From assembly GCA_942493095.1 (NCBI GenBank), contig OW818675.1, forward strand, positions 2,580,001 to 2,612,000: a stretch of 32,000 bases of DNA, read 5' to 3'. Source of the DNA: Candidatus Electronema halotolerans. Its GTDB lineage: Bacteria; Desulfobacterota; Desulfobulbia; Desulfobulbales; Desulfobulbaceae. A program made the position numbers and the translations under genes. The notes below the pieces were generated by a model. It was not told the origin of the DNA. It searched no databases and was given only the letters and a program-made list of their open reading frames with translations. This document shows, in pieces, positions 26,456-32,000 of the stretch (the first letter of the stretch is position 1; the number at the start of each line of letters is the position of its first letter).

Positions 26456-29400
26456 TCAGTCCCTCCTGAAAGCAGCCTTGACCGTACAGTCGCGGTGTAT
26501 CAGCCCAGTGGTGTAGATGTTGCCATCAAGCGAACCGCCGCAGCCGCGAACTCTTTTAATGGCATAGCCCGCATCTGGGGTGACGGTGAAACTGGCGGTG
26601 TGCCCTTCGGAAACCTGCTGCTGCGTGTCCGGGGTGATTGCGCCATGTTTGCCTGCTGACGGAGTCACAGTGTAGGCGGTTATAAAACTTGCTGTGACTG
26701 TACAATCTTCGGTGATTGCGCCGGTGGTGTACACGTTGCCGTTGAGGGAACCGCCGCAGCCTTCGACCGTATCAATCCCATAGCCGCTGTCCGGTGTCAA
26801 CGTGAAGCTGGTCGTATTGCCGTAGTCCACGCTCTGCGGAGTATTCGGGCTGATACTGCCATGCTCGCCTGCCGATGGTGTGACGGTGTAGATGTTGGTC
26901 ACAAAATGAGCTGTCACAGTTTTGTCTGCCGACATGGTGACAGTACAGGTTCTGGCATCGACATCGGTTGTATCGCATCCGTCCCATAAGGAGAAGCTCG
27001 TGCTTGCGCTGCCTGCTGCGGGAGCGGTCAGCGTGATGATGTTTCCATCGGTAATATTCGGCTTGCTGTAGTTAGTGGTTCCGCCGAAGTCTGACGGATT
27101 GCCGCTGATTGCCACGCTGTCTGCGCCGGAGGAATTCACCGCAAGCGTCCATGCGGGTGCTTCTGACTTCTGCACGATGAAGGCCGGGGCAATGGTGTTC
27201 ACCATTTTGTTGCCGCTGGCATCGGTGAGGGTGATGCGCAGGCTGACCTCTTTGTCTTCCGCAGGATAGAAGGCAGGGATATTCGCTGTCTTGAAATCGC
27301 CGCTGGCGCTGACCGGCAGCTCCTGCCAGCCGTTGCCCCAATCAACAGCAATTTCAGCAGTGAATGAGCTGGTATCAGCAGCCCGCACAGCAACCTGTCC
27401 TTCGTCGTCTGCCACAGTGTCGGTGCGCTCGCCGTCTTGGCGGATTTGCAGCTCCTGAATGACCGGCGGATTCTTGTCGCTCAGACTGGTGTCAAAAGTG
27501 GCGGTCATCGTGCCGACAGTAGGATTGCCGCGCAGCAGGCCCGGATAGCTGGTGTTGAGGGTGTAAGCTCCTTGCGGGGCGTTGATGCTCTGCGAATAAG
27601 CAGTGCCCAGCGTGCCGCTTTTGACAGGCGAGCCGCTGCTGTTGAGCAACTCATAGGTTACATCATCAACATCCACATTATACTGATCCTGCCATTGGCT
27701 GCGGACAAACATGTACTTGCCGTTCCATGACCACGCTCCAGTATTAGCGGCAATCACAACTGATGAACTCGTGTTTTGGGTATGAGCTGCCAAGTAATGA
27801 GGCGAGCCATTGACCTGCCAAGCTGAATCACTATATTCAACTTGCTCGGTCGAGTAGCTGCCTGTAACCGGATTATAATTGCGCACCTGCAACGTATAGC
27901 TTGCACCGCTTGTGGGAGTGAAAGTATTCCCAATTGCGTAATAAAGGGAATCTGTGCTATGCCTGAGCCAGATGAAGTGAGAGTTATAGTAGCTGTTTTC
28001 TGGTATCTGGAAAAGATACCAAGTTTCAGCCGTTAAATTCGGAACAGGTGGGTAATGCAGTGCTGATCCACTGCCGCCTCTCCCAATAAAATATAGACGT
28101 TTCAGCTCACTATCTGGGGCGTTGTAGATAAAACTGACCTGATTGGCAGAGGTGTAATCGTTGGTTATATTGAGATCAGAAGAAACTCCCTGTGCGCCAA
28201 AGGCTGGGGCGTACCAAGTATTCGTTTCTTCATACTGATACGGACCAGTTACACCGTAATGATATGCTTCGCTCATATCAGACACAAACCCGCTGAACGG
28301 TATGCGCCCTCCGAATGATCCGACCATTAATCCCGTTCCAGTATTTGGCTGCCAGATAGACAAGTGGCGTTCCCTCGCAACAACAGGCTGAACCCCTCCT
28401 GCATGATCTTTCAACTGGAAATTGGTGACATGGTTTGCCTCAGCTTGAGATATATTCTTTGTGGTGCTGCCGGCGAGAACTACACCCTCATTCACCACTG
28501 TATAATTGCCGGAAGACCACCAAGAGATGATGTCGTAGGTGTCTGGCGGCAGAATGGCATAGTACGGGCTGGTTGGTTGTACTATTGTCGGCTGGTTATG
28601 TTTGCTGTTATGAATTCGCACAAAGGTCGGCGTAACATCCCAGTTCAGGATAAGCTGCGCCGCTTTGACCAGCGCAAAGGGAACCTGCCGTACTTCTGCC
28701 CCGTTGTCCAGCATCACCTTGCCGCTGTAGCTGTACGGCTCGGCTGAAGGATGCGGCAGTACGCTGTTGTCAACCGTCACAGTCAGATCGACATCACGGC
28801 TTTCCCCGGCAGCAAGCGTGACATAGCTTTCACTCAGTTCTGCGGTCAAGCCTGCTGGCAGCCCAGCGGCGGTGCTCAAGTCAATGGTCTGGGCCGTGTC
28901 AAGATCGTTATACACAGTGAGCTTCTGAGTGCTGACCCATTCAGAGACAGTATTATCAACCATACCCATGCTCAAGGAATTGGGAACAGCGAGATAGCTG
29001 CTCACAGCGGCCTCGGCGACTTGCAAACGACCGCTGCCTTGAGCGAACGGATTCAGACCGAGGTCAAGGGCGGAATTGGCGACCGCCGCTTTGACTTGCT
29101 CCGGTGTCCATGCCGGATGCAGTTGTCTGAGCAGAGCAACCGCGCCAGTGACATGCGGAGCAGCCATGCTTGTACCGTTGAAAGCTGCATATCCGCCATT
29201 GCGAACAGAAGAATTGATTGACACTCCTGGAGCAACAAGATCAGGCTTGATGATGAAGCCTTCCACCGGCCCTCTGGAACTGAAGGGGGCCAGTTTGTCT
29301 GTTTTGTCAGTTGCGCCGACAGTGACAGCTTTGGCTGCCGCGCTTGGTGAACCGACTGAGCTGTAACTGGAGCCGCTGTTGCCTGCCGAGACAACCACGC

Positions 29401-30463
29401 TGATGCCTGCATCAACCGCCTCATCAACCGCGACTGAAAGCGGCGAATCCGGCCCGCCTGACGGACTGCCGAGACTCAAATTGGCGGCATCGACATGATC
29501 GGAAGTGTCACCGTTGCCGTCAGGATCAGCAGCCCGCTCCAATCCCGAAATAACATCGCTGGTGCTGCAACCTCCGCTGGAATTGCACACTTTATAGGCA
29601 TAGAGCAGCGCGTCTGGGGCAACTCCTGTGATCGTCGCATCGCTGCCTGCAATGATGCCCGCGACATGGGTGCCGTGATCATAGTCATCCATCGGGTCGG
29701 CATCATCATTGACAAAGTCATAGCCGCCGACGACCCGGCAGCCTGCGCCGCTGTTGAGTGCGGAACAAGAACCGAAAGCAGAGTGCGTATAATCAATACC
29801 CGTGTCAATGACCGCCACCCGGATGCCTTTGCCGGTGACTGGATTGCCGTCCGCATCGTACATATCCCAGACATCAGGTGCGCCGATCAGCGGCACACTG
29901 TCCGCCAGATTGGTGTGCAGCACATAGTCAGGATAGACTCCAGTAACGCCTTGCTGCTTGGCAATCTTTTTGATATCCTTACCATTGGCTTTGACCGCAA
30001 CGCCGTTGATCAGCATGTCAAAACGGGTCTTAACTTTGCTGATCAGTTTGTCCGCCTTCCACGCATCAACGGCCTGCTTGTGTTCCTGCGCGATCTCCCG
30101 CCGCAACTTGCCTGCGACAGCTTTGCGCTGTTGAACCTGCACGGAATGCTTTTTCAACTCTGTGCTGATTGATGGCGTGTCAAAGACAACAATCCATTGC
30201 GCTTCCTTGTCAGAATCAAGCACAGCCAGCGTTTGACCGTCGCCAGTGTCTGCAACGACTCCTTCAAATTCGCCTTCCGCCCAGTTCCGGTCTTGGGCTT
30301 TATCCGCCATCACGGTAATATTCTGCTCTTCTCCCGCCGCTCCTGTCTTGCTGACGACCATTGCCGTCTCATCAGTCTGCGCCGCCGACATCCTGCCTGC
30401 CGACAGGAGCAGCACCAGCACGGCTGGCACCATCCATCTGTGTTTCAAGCCTTGGTCTCTCAC
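26456..30463 (-). CDS. Secreted S8 subtilisin-like serine protease with I9-like propeptide and C-terminal repeat module
   Basis: 1335 aa, GTG start; catalytic motifs VAVIDTGIDYTHS (D), DHGTHVAGIIAG (H), NGTSMAAPHVTGAVALL (S). Confidence 0.95.
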   Translation of the reverse strand: MRDQGLKHRWMVPAVLVLLLSAGRMSAAQTDETAMVVSKTGAAGEEQNITVMADKAQDRNWAEGEFEGVVADTGDGQTLAVLDSDKEAQWIVVFDTPSISTELKKHSVQVQQRKAVAGKLRREIAQEHKQAVDAWKADKLISKVKTRFDMLINGVAVKANGKDIKKIAKQQGVTGVYPDYVLHTNLADSVPLIGAPDVWDMYDADGNPVTGKGIRVAVIDTGIDYTHSAFGSCSALNSGAGCRVVGGYDFVNDDADPMDDYDHGTHVAGIIAGSDATITGVAPDALLYAYKVCNSSGGCSTSDVISGLERAADPDGNGDTSDHVDAANLSLGSPSGGPDSPLSVAVDEAVDAGISVVVSAGNSGSSYSSVGSPSAAAKAVTVGATDKTDKLAPFSSRGPVEGFIIKPDLVAPGVSINSSVRNGGYAAFNGTSMAAPHVTGAVALLRQLHPAWTPEQVKAAVANSALDLGLNPFAQGSGRLQVAEAAVSSYLAVPNSLSMGMVDNTVSEWVSTQKLTVYNDLDTAQTIDLSTAAGLPAGLTAELSESYVTLAAGESRDVDLTVTVDNSVLPHPSAEPYSYSGKVMLDNGAEVRQVPFALVKAAQLILNWDVTPTFVRIHNSKHNQPTIVQPTSPYYAILPPDTYDIISWWSSGNYTVVNEGVVLAGSTTKNISQAEANHVTNFQLKDHAGGVQPVVARERHLSIWQPNTGTGLMVGSFGGRIPFSGFVSDMSEAYHYGVTGPYQYEETNTWYAPAFGAQGVSSDLNITNDYTSANQVSFIYNAPDSELKRLYFIGRGGSGSALHYPPVPNLTAETWYLFQIPENSYYNSHFIWLRHSTDSLYYAIGNTFTPTSGASYTLQVRNYNPVTGSYSTEQVEYSDSAWQVNGSPHYLAAHTQNTSSSVVIAANTGAWSWNGKYMFVRSQWQDQYNVDVDDVTYELLNSSGSPVKSGTLGTAYSQSINAPQGAYTLNTSYPGLLRGNPTVGTMTATFDTSLSDKNPPVIQELQIRQDGERTDTVADDEGQVAVRAADTSSFTAEIAVDWGNGWQELPVSASGDFKTANIPAFYPAEDKEVSLRITLTDASGNKMVNTIAPAFIVQKSEAPAWTLAVNSSGADSVAISGNPSDFGGTTNYSKPNITDGNIITLTAPAAGSASTSFSLWDGCDTTDVDARTCTVTMSADKTVTAHFVTNIYTVTPSAGEHGSISPNTPQSVDYGNTTSFTLTPDSGYGIDTVEGCGGSLNGNVYTTGAITEDCTVTASFITAYTVTPSAGKHGAITPDTQQQVSEGHTASFTVTPDAGYAIKRVRGCGGSLDGNIYTTGLIHRDCTVKAAFRRD
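26459..26890 (-). repeat. Two tandem 72-aa (216-bp) repeats at subtilase C-terminus
   Basis: YTVTPSAGEHGSISPNTPQSVDYGNTTSFTLTPDSGYGIDTVEGCGGSLNGNVYTTGAITEDCTVTASF / YTVTPSAGKHGAITPDTQQQVSEGHTASFTVTPDAGYAIKRVRGCGGSLDGNIYTTGLIHRDCTVKAAF; boundary at about 26674/26675. Confidence 0.9.
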
Positions 30464-30488
30464 GACATCCTCCTTTTGATGATTTTTG

Positions 30489-30522
30489 AAAAAAAACAGG
30501 CGGAGTCATTTCCTCTGCCTGT
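30489..30522 (-). terminator. Intrinsic terminator/attenuator in the subtilase leader
   Basis: Minus strand ACAGGC-A-GAG-GAAATGA-CTC-C-GCCTGT followed by 7 further Ts; lies about 26 nt upstream of the GTG start. Confidence 0.7.
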
Positions 30523-30537
30523 CCGTTGCTCCTTCAG

Positions 30538-30627
30538 TTAATCTCCTTTGGCAAGCTGTCCCTTGCAGACATCCAACAATCTCTGCGCAACAGCAAAATG
30601 TCTGGAGGCTTTGCACTGACACTCCAT
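30538..30627 (-). CDS. Possible 29-aa leader/small protein upstream of subtilase
   Basis: ATG...TAA encoding MECQCKASRHFAVAQRLLDVCKGQLAKGD, GAGGTG 6 nt upstream of ATG, terminator 15 nt downstream of the stop. Confidence 0.4.
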   Translation of the reverse strand: MECQCKASRHFAVAQRLLDVCKGQLAKGD

Positions 30628-31076
30628 GAAAGCACCTCATGAAAAACAAATTTCCGGTGAGTGTGAAACACTTTCGCTTGAAAATATTCACCAGTTTTTT
30701 GACAATAGAAATCATTTTGCCTACAAGAGCATTCTCTTGCTAAACATTAAGAAAGACTATCTTGGTCTTGGCAGCATTCCGCTATATTTTTACAGAAAAA
30801 TCTATTGCCAGCTAAATGTCGATCTGTTCCGATCAGCAGGTTTTTTGATAGAATAATGATGAGGACTTGCTCAGAAGAAAGAAGCCCTCACCAAGATGAA
30901 GAAGGTGTTTACTTATTACTCAGCAAGAAACGTGCCATTTTGAATGAAATAATTCTTGACAAAAGATTGGAAATTTGCAATGAGGATATACCCTGTCAAA
31001 TTCAGGCAATAAGCATAAAATAACTAATAATAATTATTACCAATAATATCTTGAAACAGAAAGCGTGCCCTCCAAG

Positions 31077-31111
31077 TGACAAAAAATGTCACCCGCTGAC
31101 AAAAAGCGTCA
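31077..31111. promoter_or_regulatory. Paired dyads TGACAAAAAATGTCA / TGACAAAAAGCGTCA, 20 bp apart
   Basis: TGAC-N7-GTCA at 31077-31091 and 31097-31111; same spacing and similar flanks as 1565-1599. Confidence 0.55.
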
Positions 31112-31185
31112 CCTGTCCTCCTGCGCTTTCCTGTTGTCTTTCCGTCGCAATCTTTTTATAACCATCTGCACAATCAGCGAACCAG

Positions 31186-31217
31186 CGGGCAGAACAGCCT
31201 GCCCGGCCTCTTTTTTT
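31186..31217 (+). terminator. Intrinsic terminator/attenuator directly upstream of transketolase SD
   Basis: CGGGCAG-AACAGC-CTGCCCG then GCCTCTTTTTTT; 7-bp GC-rich stem. Confidence 0.65.
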
Positions 31218-31239
31218 CCTTTTTCAATGGAGTTAAACA

Positions 31240-32000
31240 ATGCCTCTGAAGTTCGACCTATCCGCCTCTGACCTCAGTGCGGCGGAGCTGACCACCCTCA
31301 AGGAAATGCGCAGCCGCTGCGCCCGCCGCATCCTGCTTTCAACCAGCCTTGCTGCTTCCGGTCATCCGGGCGGCTCGCTGTCTTCGTTAGACATGCTGCT
31401 GGTGGCTTACGGCATCCTGCGGCATGATCCGAAGAATCCCCGTCTGCCGGAGCGCGACCGCCTTGTAGCCTCTATCGGCCATATTTCGCCAGGCGTGTAT
31501 AGCGTGCTGGCGGAGAACGGCTATTTCAGCGAGGACGACTTTCTTGCAGGCTTCCGGCGTACTGGCTCTGGCTTCCCTGGCCATATTGAGTCCATCGTGC
31601 CGGGTGTGGAGTGGGACACCGGCAATCTTGGCCAAGGGCTGTCCGCTGCCGTGGGCATGGCCCATGCCTTCAAGCTCAAGGGGATGAATAACCGGGTCTT
31701 CTGTCTGATGGGCGACGGCGAGCAGCAGAAAGGCCAGATCACTGAGGCCATCCGCCACGCGGTCAAGTACAAGCTCGACAACCTCACTGTGCTGATCGAC
31801 CGCAACAAGCTGCAAATCTGCGGCAGCACTGAGGACATCATGCCCCAGTGCATGCAGAAGCTCTACGGCGGCTTGGGCTTCAACACGGTTAAGCTGGAGA
31901 ACGGCCACGACTGCAACGCCCTGTACAAGGCCATGCGCGATGCCTACCGCAATATCAGCGGCGTGCCGACCGTGCTCATCGCTCACACCGTCATGGGCAA
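31240..32000 (+). CDS. tkt: Transketolase, N-terminal part (continues past window)
   Basis: MPLKFDLSASDLSAAELTTLKEMRSRCARRILLSTSLAASGHPGGSLSSLDMLLVAYGIL...LGQGLSAAVGMAHAFKLKG...VFCLMGDGEQQKGQITEAIRHAVKYKLDNLTVLIDRN; GGAG SD. Absent from ORF track because it runs off the edge. Confidence 0.93.
   Translation, partial: MPLKFDLSASDLSAAELTTLKEMRSRCARRILLSTSLAASGHPGGSLSSLDMLLVAYGILRHDPKNPRLPERDRLVASIGHISPGVYSVLAENGYFSEDDFLAGFRRTGSGFPGHIESIVPGVEWDTGNLGQGLSAAVGMAHAFKLKGMNNRVFCLMGDGEQQKGQITEAIRHAVKYKLDNLTVLIDRNKLQICGSTEDIMPQCMQKLYGGLGFNTVKLENGHDCNALYKAMRDAYRNISGVPTVLIAHTVMG

Noticed and set aside
30626-31023. Two overlapping + ORFs in the AT-rich block as real genes
   Set aside because: No good SD, no recognisable motifs, overlapping frames; kept only as an unexplained-region finding.
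31086-31271. 61-aa + ORF overlapping the tkt start
   Set aside because: Starts inside the dyad element, has no SD, and runs through the terminator into tkt in another frame.

Overview
This 32 kb window is dense, mostly housekeeping bacterial chromosome. The gene content (DVU0298-like protein, MucR/Ros regulator, CNB+DUF4388 proteins, S1-domain protein) suggests a deltaproteobacterial/Desulfobulbales-like genome, but that assignment is inference. The order is: [murD]-PilZ, FKBP PPIase, double zinc-ribbon protein, S1-domain protein, AT-rich membrane protein, lolA-like, murI, MucR-like regulator (all -); FmdB-type zinc ribbon, small membrane protein, two tandem paralogs with a novel-looking N-terminal domain + cyclic-nucleotide-binding + DUF4388/PATAN (+); a KAS (-); a HEAT-like DVU0298 protein and a nitrilase::RfaE2 fusion (+); a PhnD-like binding protein, CobD::CobQ fusion, HAD, HD, YkgJ, C5 DNA methyltransferase, Gfo/Idh, LivF-like ATPase, ExeA-like AAA+/SPOR protein (-); a DUF4139 protein (+); a 1335-aa subtilase with C-terminal repeats (-); and a transketolase running off the right edge (+). 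I found no CRISPR, tRNA, rRNA, phage or transposase. The best second-look items are: (1) an apparent truncated NotI-like restriction endonuclease remnant translationally coupled to the 'orphan' C5 methyltransferase; (2) a two-copy paired-dyad element (TGAC-N7-GTCA twice, exactly 20 bp apart, similar flanks) upstream of PilZ-murD and of transketolase; (3) a 29-codon, SD-preceded Cys-containing mini-ORF plus intrinsic terminator in the leader of the subtilase; (4) the tandem paralogs with an unrecognised CxxC N-terminal domain; (5) two enzyme fusions.
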